Of a stretch of 64,000 nucleotides of DNA, positions 32,195 through 41,158 are shown piece by piece. The notes below the pieces were generated by a model. The model saw only the letters and a list, made by a program, of their open reading frames with translations. It was not told the origin of the DNA and made no database searches. The translations under genes and the position numbers were made by a program. The number at the start of each line of letters is the position of its first letter. The first letter of the stretch is position 1. Location: contig JAZDHS010000004.1 in assembly GCA_043805735.1 (NCBI GenBank), positions 583 to 64,582 of the forward strand, written 5' to 3'. Source of the stretch: Candidatus Omnitrophota bacterium. GTDB taxonomy: Bacteria > Omnitrophota > Gorgyraeia > JAFGHF01.

Positions 32195-32958
32195 AGCCGA
32201 TACTGTTACAATTGGGGCCGATTAGCGTCTTTGCATATGGGTTAATGGTTTCCTGCGCTTTTCTCATTGGGACATATCTGGCTCAGCGCGAAGCCACGCG
32301 CCAAAACCTACCGGCGCAAAAGATTATTGATCTTTCTTTGTGCATCGTGATTAGCGGTGTAGTTGGCGCGCGACTGTTATACGTTTTGCAGAATATCCAG
32401 TTTTATCGTGTCTATCCACTGCGTATCGTAATGTTACATGAAGGGGGCTTAAGTTTCTTTGGCGGTTTTTTTGTCGCGCTCGCCGCTACCCTGATTTTCC
32501 TGCGGATCCAGCGCTTGCCCGCCTGGACAGTGTTGGATATCTTTGTGCCTTATTTGGCGTTAGGCCAGGCCATCGGCCGCATCGGTTGCCTGCTCAATGG
32601 CTGTTGCTTCGGAAAAGTCACGACTGCTTTTGGGGCGATTTGTTTCCCGGGCGAAACGATTTGCCGTTATCCGATACAGGTTTATAATTCTTTGCTTTTG
32701 TTGGCGCTTTATATAGTGCTTAGGTACCGCCAAAAGCGCGGCCAAACCTTTCCTGGGCAGCTCTTCCTTTTATATTGTATTCTTTATAGCACAATCCGTT
32801 TTATCAGCGAATTTTTCCGCGGTGACCATACTGCGGTAATTGGCTGGCTTACGCTGCACCAAATATTTAGCCTTATGGTCTTTACGATGGCGGGAGTATG
32901 GTTATGGAAAAAACAGAACAATTTTGTTTTACGGTTACCGATGAAGACCAAGGCCTAA
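32191..32958 (+). CDS. lgt: Prolipoprotein diacylglyceryl transferase
   Basis: Polytopic membrane protein with the Lgt signature (GARLLYVL, HEGGLSFFGG). Confidence 0.9.
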   Translation: MKPILLQLGPISVFAYGLMVSCAFLIGTYLAQREATRQNLPAQKIIDLSLCIVISGVVGARLLYVLQNIQFYRVYPLRIVMLHEGGLSFFGGFFVALAATLIFLRIQRLPAWTVLDIFVPYLALGQAIGRIGCLLNGCCFGKVTTAFGAICFPGETICRYPIQVYNSLLLLALYIVLRYRQKRGQTFPGQLFLLYCILYSTIRFISEFFRGDHTAVIGWLTLHQIFSLMVFTMAGVWLWKKQNNFVLRLPMKTKA

Positions 32959-33815
32959 GACTCGATTGCTATCTGCAGAAAAAAATTACGCTTGAGCTTT
33001 CACGCTCCCGCCTGCAGTCGCTGATTAAAGCGGCTAAGGTAACGCTCAACTCCCAAGCGGTCAAGCCCGGTCATAAAGTCAGAAGCGGCGATATTATCAA
33101 TGTCGACATCCCGCCGGACGCACCGGTCCAGGCCCAAGCGGAAAATATTCCCATCGATCTGGTGTTTGAGGATGAGGATATCCTGGTGGTAAATAAGCCG
33201 GCCGGAATGGTCACGCATCCGGGGGTGGGAAATAATACGCACACCCTGGTCAACGCCTTGCTTCATTATGGTTGTACGCTTTCAAGCGTAAATGGGCCAC
33301 TGCGGCCGGGGATTGTCCACCGTTTAGATAAAGATACAAGCGGCCTGATGGTAATCGCTAAAAACGACCGCGCGCATCATCGCCTCAGCCGGCAGTTTCA
33401 AAAGCACAACGTAGAGAGGCGATATATTGCGATCGTAAAAGGCAAGGTTGAACACGACGAAGGAGTTATTGACGCTCCTTTAGCCCGGGATCCGTTACAC
33501 CGCAAGCAATTCGTGGTCGGTTTACACAACAGTAGGGATGCGCTGACCCGTTTCAAAGTAGTCAAAAGGTACAGCCAACTTAGCCTGGTAGAATTAACAC
33601 CCTATACCGGCAGAACACACCAACTGCGGGTACACCTGAAGTTCTTGGGCCATCCCATTCTCGGTGATGAGCGCTATGGTAAGAGGGGAGAATTCAGCCG
33701 GATGGCCCTTCATGCTACGGGGTTGGGATTTCGCCACCCCCTAACCAAGGAAATGGTTCGCTTTAGCTCGGAAATTCCCGCCGATTTTACCCGCTATCTC
33801 GATTCTCTGAAGTAA
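32898..33815 (+). CDS. rluD: 23S rRNA pseudouridine synthase, RluA/RluD family
   Basis: S4 domain followed by the RluA-family catalytic motif HRLDKDTSGLMV. Start could be 32898 or 32904. Confidence 0.9.
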   Translation: MVMEKTEQFCFTVTDEDQGLRLDCYLQKKITLELSRSRLQSLIKAAKVTLNSQAVKPGHKVRSGDIINVDIPPDAPVQAQAENIPIDLVFEDEDILVVNKPAGMVTHPGVGNNTHTLVNALLHYGCTLSSVNGPLRPGIVHRLDKDTSGLMVIAKNDRAHHRLSRQFQKHNVERRYIAIVKGKVEHDEGVIDAPLARDPLHRKQFVVGLHNSRDALTRFKVVKRYSQLSLVELTPYTGRTHQLRVHLKFLGHPILGDERYGKRGEFSRMALHATGLGFRHPLTKEMVRFSSEIPADFTRYLDSLK

Positions 33816-33827
33816 CCCTAATACTTC

Positions 33828-33855
33828 TTGCTTTTTTATCCGATTGTGCTATACT
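33828..33855 (+). promoter_or_regulatory. Sigma70-like promoter (TTGCTT-16-TATACT) immediately upstream of aroA
   Basis: The -10 ends about 7 nt before the aroA ATG (33863) and there is no SD, so the transcript may be leaderless. Confidence 0.4.
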
Positions 33856-33862
33856 GCAAACT

Positions 33863-35164
33863 ATGTCAACTGTTACTATAGAGCCGAAAAGACTGCAGGG
33901 CGAAGTAACCCCACCAGCTGACAAATCCATCTCCCATCGCGCGATTATCCTTGGTGCTTTGGCCCAGGGAAAAACCGTAATCAAAAACCTCTCACTGTGC
34001 GATGATTGTACCCGTACTTTAGAAGCCTTTAAGCAAATGGGCATCGCGATTGTCCAGGAAAAAGGCTATTTTTACATTGCGGGTGAGGGTTTGGCCGGCC
34101 TGCGAAAACCTCCACTAGGATTGTACTTAGGAAATTCCGGGACCTCGATGCGCCTGATCCTTGGTGTGTTAGCGGGCCAGGATTTTCGCTGCGAACTTTC
34201 CGGAGATGAATCGCTTTCCCGCCGGCCGATGAAGCGCGTCACCGAACCCTTAACGCAGATGGGGGCAAAAATTAGCGGTAAAGACGAGGCCAACTTTGCG
34301 CCTCTAACCATTGAAGGCGGTAAGCTAAAACCGATTACTTATGAAACCCCGATGGCCAGTGCCCAGGTAAAATCGGCTATTCTTTTAGCCGGGCTTTATG
34401 CTGAAGGCCAAACCAAGGTTGCGTTTCAGCAGCATTCAAGAGACCATAGCGAAAGAATGCTCAAAAAATTTGGCGCCCACCTCCAAACTAAAGGACATTC
34501 AGTAACTATAGAGGGAAGGGCTATCTTGGCCGCTCAAGAGATCGAAGTTCCTGGGGATATTTCCTCAGCCAGTTTCTTTCTGGCCGGGGCCAGTATTAAT
34601 CCTGGTTCACAAGTGCGTGTTCGTGCGGTCGGGCTTAACCCGACACGCACCGCCTTTTTAGAAACTTTAGGCAAAATGGGCGCTCAGGTAAAAGTGACTT
34701 ACCTAAATACCCAGATGAGTAAGAGCAATTATGCTGATGAAGCGGTTGGTGAAGTGGTGGCGGCAGCGAGTGCGCTCAAGGGCATTCGTATTGAACCCCA
34801 AGAGGTGCCTTTACTGATCGATGAATTACCGATTTTTATGGTCGTCGCCACACAGGCTGATGGTGAGACGGTGATTCGCGGGGCCGGTGAATTAAGGGTT
34901 AAGGAAACCGATCGTATTCAGTCTATGGTGGTCAACCTCTCCCGATTAGGGGCGCAGATTGTTAATGAGGGCAATGATATTATTATTCGCGGCCCGACCA
35001 AACTTAAAGGAGCAGAGGTAGAAAGCTTCCTGGATCACCGCACGGCAATGAGCATGGCGATTGCCGGCTTAGTGGCTCAAGGGCCAACCACGATCAAGGA
35101 TGTTGAATGTGTCGATATTTCTTTCCCCGGCTTCTTTAACCTCCTGGCCCAGCTTTCATGTTAA
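33863..35164 (+). CDS. aroA: 3-phosphoshikimate 1-carboxyvinyltransferase (EPSP synthase)
   Basis: 433 aa with conserved LGNSGTSMR and KxSHR (DKSISHRA) motifs. Confidence 0.95.
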   Translation: MSTVTIEPKRLQGEVTPPADKSISHRAIILGALAQGKTVIKNLSLCDDCTRTLEAFKQMGIAIVQEKGYFYIAGEGLAGLRKPPLGLYLGNSGTSMRLILGVLAGQDFRCELSGDESLSRRPMKRVTEPLTQMGAKISGKDEANFAPLTIEGGKLKPITYETPMASAQVKSAILLAGLYAEGQTKVAFQQHSRDHSERMLKKFGAHLQTKGHSVTIEGRAILAAQEIEVPGDISSASFFLAGASINPGSQVRVRAVGLNPTRTAFLETLGKMGAQVKVTYLNTQMSKSNYADEAVGEVVAAASALKGIRIEPQEVPLLIDELPIFMVVATQADGETVIRGAGELRVKETDRIQSMVVNLSRLGAQIVNEGNDIIIRGPTKLKGAEVESFLDHRTAMSMAIAGLVAQGPTTIKDVECVDISFPGFFNLLAQLSC

Positions 35165-35168
35165 GTTC

Positions 35169-35197
35169 TTGACAAGGTATTACTGGTCTGATAGAAT
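35169..35197 (+). promoter_or_regulatory. Sigma70-like promoter (TTGACA-17-TAGAAT) for the mre operon
   Basis: Perfect -35 with 17-nt spacer and TAGAAT -10, read directly from the sequence. Confidence 0.5.
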
Positions 35198-35228
35198 TGT
35201 CCAATAAGAAAGAGCAAAAGAGGTGCCC

Positions 35229-36305
35229 ATGAATGTCCTACAGAAAATCTGGAAACAATTAGCAAGGGCTTTCAACTACGTGATGGGGTTGTTTTCCAAC
35301 GACATGGGAATCGACCTTGGTACGGCCACCACCCTGGTATTTGTCAAAGGTGCCGGCGTGGTGCTCTGCGAGCCTTCCGTAGTAGCCATTCAGAAGGGAA
35401 CCAACCGGGTCTTGGCGGTAGGTGAGGAAGCCAAACGGATGTTAGGGCGCACTCCCGGCAATATCGTGGCAATCCGTCCGATGAAAGACGGGGTTATTGC
35501 CGACTTTGAAATTACGGAAAGCATGTTACGCTATTTTATCAAGAAAGTGCATAATCGCCGCGTCTTGGTCCGTCCCCGGATGATTATTGCCATTCCTTCC
35601 GGCATTACCGAAGTAGAGAAAAGGGCAGTTAAAGAATCAGCGGAGCATGCCGGGGCGCGCGAGGTCTTTTTAGTCGAAGAGCCAATTGCCGCGGCCGTCG
35701 GGGTGGGGCTGCCGATCCAAGAACCGGCCGGCAATATGATTATCGATATCGGCGGCGGCACTACGGAGATGGCGGTGATTTCTCTGGCTGGTATTGTCTT
35801 TGCCAAAAGTATCCGCATTGGCGGAGATGAAATGGACGAGGCGATTATTGAACACCTAAAGAAGACCTATAACCTGATGATTGGCGAAAGAACCGCCGAA
35901 GATATTAAGATAAAAATTGGTTCGGCCTATCCTCTCGATGAAGAATTGACGCTGGAAGTAAAGGGCCGGGACTTGGTTGCCGGTTTGCCGAAAGTGATTA
36001 CTATTTCTTCCGAAGAAATCCGTGAAGCCCTATCGGGTCCGATTAATGCGATCGTGGAAGCGACAATGATTACCTTAGAGCGTACACCTCCTGAGCTTTC
36101 GGCCGATTTAATTGAGCGTGGCATAGTGATGGCCGGCGGCGGTTCGCTTTTACGGGGAATCGATAAATTAATTTCTGAAGAAACCGGCCTGCCCGTGCAT
36201 GTCGCTGATGATCCGATTACCTCCGTGGCCTTGGGCACAGGCAAGGTTCTTGAAGAGATACGTTACCTGAAGAAGCTGCTCGTTCCTTCTCGGGTGGAAT
36301 TATAA
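35229..36305 (+). CDS. mreB: Rod shape-determining protein MreB
   Basis: Actin-like motifs ([18 protein letters not shown]) and an N-terminal amphipathic helix. ATG 35229 has a suitably spaced RBS AGAGG. Confidence 0.95.
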   Translation: MNVLQKIWKQLARAFNYVMGLFSNDMGIDLGTATTLVFVKGAGVVLCEPSVVAIQKGTNRVLAVGEEAKRMLGRTPGNIVAIRPMKDGVIADFEITESMLRYFIKKVHNRRVLVRPRMIIAIPSGITEVEKRAVKESAEHAGAREVFLVEEPIAAAVGVGLPIQEPAGNMIIDIGGGTTEMAVISLAGIVFAKSIRIGGDEMDEAIIEHLKKTYNLMIGERTAEDIKIKIGSAYPLDEELTLEVKGRDLVAGLPKVITISSEEIREALSGPINAIVEATMITLERTPPELSADLIERGIVMAGGGSLLRGIDKLISEETGLPVHVADDPITSVALGTGKVLEEIRYLKKLLVPSRVEL

Positions 36306-36344
36306 GCTAAGCCTTTAATATAGGCTTGATTTGAAGGTACAGCT

Positions 36345-37145
36345 GTGAGGCTTAGGTGGCTGAAGAATTTAAACCCCGCCGTCAAAAGCATTATTGTTTT
36401 TACGCTTGTCGTTATACTCTTCGTTTTTTATATCCCGCTTGCTGAATTTATTGGTCCGCCGCTTTTATCTTTCTTTGCCCCGTTTTTCCAACTTGCCGCT
36501 GATGTGTCGGTCTCGGCCCGCACGATGCTGCAATTTCACAACCTCACCGCAGGTAACCAACAGTTAACCAACGAAATAGCTAACCTCAACGCGCAATTGG
36601 TCCATATGCAGGAGATATTGCGCGAGAATGATCGGTTACGCTCGCTCTGGTCATTGCCGGATCGCAGCGACTTCTCTTTACAGGTCGCTTTAGTCATCGC
36701 GGCCGACTCGTCCAATTGGACCGATACGATCACAATTGATAAGGGGACAAACAACGCGATCAAAAAAGGCGCGGCCTGTATTCTGGAGAACGCGTTGGTA
36801 GGAATGATCATCGAAGCACACTCATCCTCCAGTAAAGTGGCGCTACTCACCGATATTAACGCTAAAGTCCCGGCGATGATTCAGCGCACCAGGGAAGAAG
36901 GGCTGGTCTCGGGTGGAGTGGAAGGCCGACGTGGTATCTGTAAAATGAAATACCTACGGGATGTAGAGGTCGGAGACAAGGTTATTTCTTCGAGCCTGGG
37001 AGGAATGTACCCCAAAGGGCTCTTAATCGGTGAGGTTACCGCGGTGGTCGATGAAAAAAGTGATACCCAGTTTAAAACAGTCGAAGTCCGGCCGACCGTG
37101 GAATTGCATGCCCTGGAGGAAGTAATGGTGATTATCGGGCCATGA
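36345..37145 (+). CDS. mreC: Rod shape-determining protein MreC
   Basis: TM anchor, coiled coil, then the MreC beta-domain, immediately after mreB. Confidence 0.85.
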   Translation: MRLRWLKNLNPAVKSIIVFTLVVILFVFYIPLAEFIGPPLLSFFAPFFQLAADVSVSARTMLQFHNLTAGNQQLTNEIANLNAQLVHMQEILRENDRLRSLWSLPDRSDFSLQVALVIAADSSNWTDTITIDKGTNNAIKKGAACILENALVGMIIEAHSSSSKVALLTDINAKVPAMIQRTREEGLVSGGVEGRRGICKMKYLRDVEVGDKVISSSLGGMYPKGLLIGEVTAVVDEKSDTQFKTVEVRPTVELHALEEVMVIIGP

Positions 37146-37645
37146 AAGTACGGCTGTTTGTGCTTTTTATCCTGGCGCTGGGATTTGTGCTGGCGCAAAG
37201 TACGCTGGTGCGGGTGGTAACTCTTTTTGGGGTCAAGCCCGATATCGTCGTGATTCTGGTAATGTTTATCAGTCTCTGGTATGGCCGAATAAATGCCGCA
37301 CTCATTGGCCTATTCTGCGGATTTTTTGTCGAGATAACCTCGGGGTTGCCTGCCGGAGCGGCCCTGGGCCCTTATGTATTAGGCGGTTTAATCCTCGCCC
37401 ATCTTGCCAGTGTAGTTTGGTATACGCAATGGTATACTCAAAGAGTCGGCGGGCAAATGCTGATTGCTTTTTTGTTTACATTTACGATATATCTGTTCCA
37501 GTTCTTTCTGCTGCGCCCGGCGGCGATAGAGCTTTCCTTGCTTAGCGCCCTGGTCGGGATTATCCTGCCCGTCTCTTTGTATACGGCAGGAGTTTCGCCG
37601 TTATTATTTTATTTGTTAAACACAATAGCCGCCCCTTTACGGTGA
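37142..37645 (+). CDS. mreD: Rod shape-determining protein MreD
   Basis: Small polytopic membrane protein overlapping the mreC stop, in canonical position. Confidence 0.75.
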   Translation: MKVRLFVLFILALGFVLAQSTLVRVVTLFGVKPDIVVILVMFISLWYGRINAALIGLFCGFFVEITSGLPAGAALGPYVLGGLILAHLASVVWYTQWYTQRVGGQMLIAFLFTFTIYLFQFFLLRPAAIELSLLSALVGIILPVSLYTAGVSPLLFYLLNTIAAPLR

Positions 37646-37655
37646 GCCCGCTCCT

Positions 37656-39386
37656 ATGCGCATCGGTCTTTTAAAACGGATTACGATTGCCCTTTTTCTC
37701 TTTCTGATCGCCAGCCTCGCCTATAACCAGGTGATCCGCGGCCCCTACTACTTTCAGTTAAGCCAGAACAACCGCATTAAATTGATTAAAATGGATGCCC
37801 CGCGCGGTTTTATTTATGACCGGCAAGGCCGGGTAGTAGCGGGACTGCGCCTGGTCTTCAACGTTGCGGTGTTGCCCCAAGAGGTAGAGGATATCAAAAA
37901 AACGATTGCCGCGATCAGTCCTTTAGCCGGCGTTTCCGAATCGGCATTAATGCAATATTATAAGAATAACTTTTTTGCCCCTTTTCTTCCGGTCGTGATT
38001 CTCCACGATGTACCTAAAGAAAAAGCTATCCTTTTGGAGTGCCAGGAGTTTCGTATCCCGGGCCTGTTGATTCAAACTCAACCGCTGAGGAATTACCCAT
38101 ACGGCAAAAGTATCAGCCATCTCCTCGGGTATTTGGGTAAAATTACCAAGGAAGAACTGCGGCAGTTGAAGGAATATGGTGTTTGGGACCGCGATATCTT
38201 GGGTCGAACCGGAGTGGAAGGGCAGCTTGACCCGTTCTTAAGAGGTCAAACCGGCGGTAGACAAATAGAAGTGAACAATCGCGGCCGTCAGGTCCGGGAA
38301 TTGGGGGTAAAACAGCCGTTGCCGGGTGAGGATTTATATTTAACTATTGATGCTGAGCTACAGGCGTTGATCGGTCGTTTAATGGAAGGGCATAGCGGTG
38401 CCTGCGTAGTGCTTGATCCGCGCAACGGTGAAATTTTAGCCATGGTTAGTGAGCCCAGTTTTGACCCTCAGATTTTTGTGATGGCGCTGAACAATAAGAC
38501 CGAAGCGGCGCGAACAGTTTCACGCTACCTTAGTTCCGGCGAAGGCGTGTTGGTTAATCGGGCTATCTCGGGCGCATATCCCGCAGGTTCCATTTTTAAA
38601 ATCGTGGTCGCCGTCGCCGGCTTAGAAACTAATGCGATTACGCCCAATTCCACAACGCAATGCACCGGCAGCATCAGGGTGGGGAATCGTTCCTTTAATT
38701 GCTGGAAACTGGATGGCCACGGTACAGAGAATATCTATACTGCCTTGGCCCATTCCTGTAACGTATTTTTTTATCGCTTGGGCCTTGCGCTTGGGCCGGA
38801 TAAGATTGCCCTTTTTGCCCGTAGCTTTGGTTTGGGTGAGCGTTCCGGCATCGATCTATCCGCGGAAGCGGCCGGCAATGTTCCTTCAAAAATATGGAAA
38901 CTAAAGACTAAAAAAGAAAAATGGTACGATGGAGAAACCGCTAATCTGGCCATCGGGCAAGGATATCTTTTGGTCACGCCGCTGCAGATGGCACGGCTGA
39001 TTGCCGCCATTGCCAACGGCGGATATCGCGTTAGGCCGCATCTGGTCAAAAAGTTTGAGGATAAAGAAACAGCGGTAGTGCGGGAAAAGTTGGCGCTTAA
39101 ACCCTCCACTTTAGAAGTGATTAGAGAAGGGATGCGCATGGTTGTGCAAAATGATGACGGGACCGGCCACCGGGCGTATATTAGTGGAGTGCAGTGGGCG
39201 GCTAAGACCGGTACTGCCCAGGCTGGAACGGGAACGGCGCATGGGTGGTTTGGCGGATTCTATCCCTTTCATGATCCCCGCTTGGCCATAGTTGTTTTTT
39301 TGGAACACGGCGGAAGCGGAGGAGATGTACCGGCGCTCATCGCGCGAGAAATTGTCGAATATTTCCGGACCAATAAAGTGAACTAA
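37656..39386 (+). CDS. mrdA: Peptidoglycan D,D-transpeptidase MrdA (PBP2)
   Basis: PBP dimer domain and transpeptidase motifs SxxK (GSIFK), SxN (SCN) and KTG (KTGTAQ). Confidence 0.95.
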   Translation: MRIGLLKRITIALFLFLIASLAYNQVIRGPYYFQLSQNNRIKLIKMDAPRGFIYDRQGRVVAGLRLVFNVAVLPQEVEDIKKTIAAISPLAGVSESALMQYYKNNFFAPFLPVVILHDVPKEKAILLECQEFRIPGLLIQTQPLRNYPYGKSISHLLGYLGKITKEELRQLKEYGVWDRDILGRTGVEGQLDPFLRGQTGGRQIEVNNRGRQVRELGVKQPLPGEDLYLTIDAELQALIGRLMEGHSGACVVLDPRNGEILAMVSEPSFDPQIFVMALNNKTEAARTVSRYLSSGEGVLVNRAISGAYPAGSIFKIVVAVAGLETNAITPNSTTQCTGSIRVGNRSFNCWKLDGHGTENIYTALAHSCNVFFYRLGLALGPDKIALFARSFGLGERSGIDLSAEAAGNVPSKIWKLKTKKEKWYDGETANLAIGQGYLLVTPLQMARLIAAIANGGYRVRPHLVKKFEDKETAVVREKLALKPSTLEVIREGMRMVVQNDDGTGHRAYISGVQWAAKTGTAQAGTGTAHGWFGGFYPFHDPRLAIVVFLEHGGSGGDVPALIAREIVEYFRTNKVN

Positions 39387-39390
39387 CCCT

Positions 39391-40527
39391 ATGTTTGATC
39401 ATTATCGCCGCGATTTTGATGTGGTCTTATTTGTCAGCCTGTTGCTTATTTTTGCGATTGGCCTGGCCTTTTTACATAGCGCCAGTTATAAACGCTATTC
39501 GACACGGGAAGAGTATCTTCAGGAAAGCCTGGTAGTAAAGCAGATGTTGCGTTTTGTCCTTGCTCTCATTGCGGGGATTCTCGTAATCAGGATCGGCCAT
39601 CAGAAATTACTTGAATTTGCCTATGTTCTATATGGTCTGAATATTTTGTTATTAGTTTTGGTCTTACTTTTGGGCGAGACCAGGTTAGGGGCGCAGCGCT
39701 GGATTAAACTGGGGATGATTGGTTTTCAGCCTTCGGAGTTCAGTAAGCTCATCATCGTGTTTACCTTGGCCCGTTATCTTGGACAGAAAGAAAGCGCTTT
39801 AGGAAGAGATTTGTTTTGGCAGGGCGGTTGGCGCAATAGCGGGGTCTTGGCCAGCGCCTTTTTGCTGGTTGGCATTCCTTTTATATTAATTATGAAACAG
39901 CCGGATTTAGGCACCGCTCTTACCCTCGTTCCCATTCTTTTGACGCTATTGTATGTCTGGGGCGTCTCTTTTAAAACCCTAGCCCTGCTTTCGTTGCCCG
40001 CGGTTTTGGCTTCGCCTTTTTTATGGCAGATGCTTAAGCCCTACCAAAAAAGAAGAATTCTGGTGTTTATTAATCCTAATGCCGATCCCTTGGGAGCGGG
40101 CTATACGATTATTCAATCGAAGATTGCGATTGGCTCAGGGGGGTTATTCGGTAAAGGGTGGCTGGCCGGAACACAAAACCAATTGAATTTTTTGCCCGAA
40201 CGCCACACCGATTTTATCTTTTCAATAGTCGGGGAAGAGTGGGGGTTTATCGGGGCGGCATTACTTTTAGTTTTATACATTGTCTTAATCTCCCGGGCTT
40301 TTTTGATTGCCCAGCGTACTCTTTATTCATCATCTCGCCTTTTAGCCTGCGGCATAATTGTCGTGTTGGTATTCCAGGTAGTGGTCAATATCGCGATGAC
40401 GATGGGCCTGGTTCCGGTGGTTGGCCTACCTTTGCCGCTGATTAGTTATGGCGGCTCATCCCTGTTTATGACTGTTGTTTCGCTGTCCTTACTCTTAAGT
40501 ATCGGGATGAGAAGGTCAGTATTCTAA
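39391..40527 (+). CDS. rodA: Peptidoglycan glycosyltransferase RodA (SEDS)
   Basis: SEDS family (FQPSEF, DFIFS) following mrdA. Confidence 0.9.
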   Translation: MFDHYRRDFDVVLFVSLLLIFAIGLAFLHSASYKRYSTREEYLQESLVVKQMLRFVLALIAGILVIRIGHQKLLEFAYVLYGLNILLLVLVLLLGETRLGAQRWIKLGMIGFQPSEFSKLIIVFTLARYLGQKESALGRDLFWQGGWRNSGVLASAFLLVGIPFILIMKQPDLGTALTLVPILLTLLYVWGVSFKTLALLSLPAVLASPFLWQMLKPYQKRRILVFINPNADPLGAGYTIIQSKIAIGSGGLFGKGWLAGTQNQLNFLPERHTDFIFSIVGEEWGFIGAALLLVLYIVLISRAFLIAQRTLYSSSRLLACGIIVVLVFQVVVNIAMTMGLVPVVGLPLPLISYGGSSLFMTVVSLSLLLSIGMRRSVF

Positions 40528-40606
40528 CATGTTTATTATTAATAGGTTATGTAAAAGATATCAACCCTAGCTATTGGTACAATGTGACAATTGGTCAGTT
40601 GTGCAC

Positions 40607-40635
40607 TTGACACTTGGTGCATTTTGTGCTATACT
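40607..40635 (+). promoter_or_regulatory. Consensus sigma70 promoter (TTGACA-17-TATACT) in the rodA-downstream intergenic region
   Basis: Perfect -35 and near-perfect -10 with 17-nt spacing, read directly from the sequence. Confidence 0.55.
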
Positions 40636-40641
40636 TCCAGT

Positions 40642-40800
40642 GTCATTGACAAAAAGTAACGTTTGAAAAAGGCAAACCATTTGTAAGAATGGGGCGCAAA
40701 GCCACAGGTCCCGTAACGTAACAGGGATAGCTGGGTTGCCAAGCGTAGACAAAGAATATCAACATCCGGCCTTTGGCTTTGCCAAAGGCCTTTTTAATTG
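40642..40800 (+). ncRNA. Candidate ~160-nt small RNA or structured 5' leader ending in an intrinsic terminator
   Basis: Predicted TSS about 7 nt after the -10. The transcript ends with hairpin GGCCTTTGGC-TTT-GCCAAAGGCC followed by TTTTT at about 40769-40800. The listed ORF start at 40736 would have to read through this terminator. Confidence 0.4.
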
Positions 40801-40816
40801 CGCAAAAGAGAAGACG

Positions 40817-41158
40817 ATGATTAAAAGACCAAACAATCCTAACGGTAATGCCCATCGCGTGATTACTTTCTTGACCCGCGATGAAATTGACTTTCTGGAT
40901 AAGATTGGCAAAGACGCCCTTTTTAGCTCCGGGATCAAACTTTCACGCAGTAAAATTATTTCCGCGATGGTTAATGTAATTCGTAAGCTCAATATTCAAG
41001 CCGATGGCCTGCATTCGAAAAAAGAGCTGGAGCATCGCATTATCGAAACGATAAAAAACCTGAATCTGACGCTGGCCGATAAATCCAAAAGGCAGCAGGA
41101 AAACAAAACGCCGCCAGCGAACGAGCATGAGGCTAAGGAACATGAACAAGCTTTTTAA
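40817..41158 (+). CDS. Hypothetical ribbon-helix-helix-like small protein
   Basis: A beta-strand-like RVITFLT followed by two helices (RDEIDFLDKIGKD, SRSKIISAMVNVIRKL) suggests a CopG/Arc-type RHH, with a charged low-complexity C-terminus. The start was moved to the Met after the terminator hairpin. Confidence 0.5.
   Translation: MIKRPNNPNGNAHRVITFLTRDEIDFLDKIGKDALFSSGIKLSRSKIISAMVNVIRKLNIQADGLHSKKELEHRIIETIKNLNLTLADKSKRQQENKTPPANEHEAKEHEQAF

Noticed and set aside
40736-40816. Listed start (40736) of the RHH-like ORF
   Set aside because: It would require translation through a strong intrinsic terminator hairpin plus T-tract. The downstream Met 40817 is preferred.
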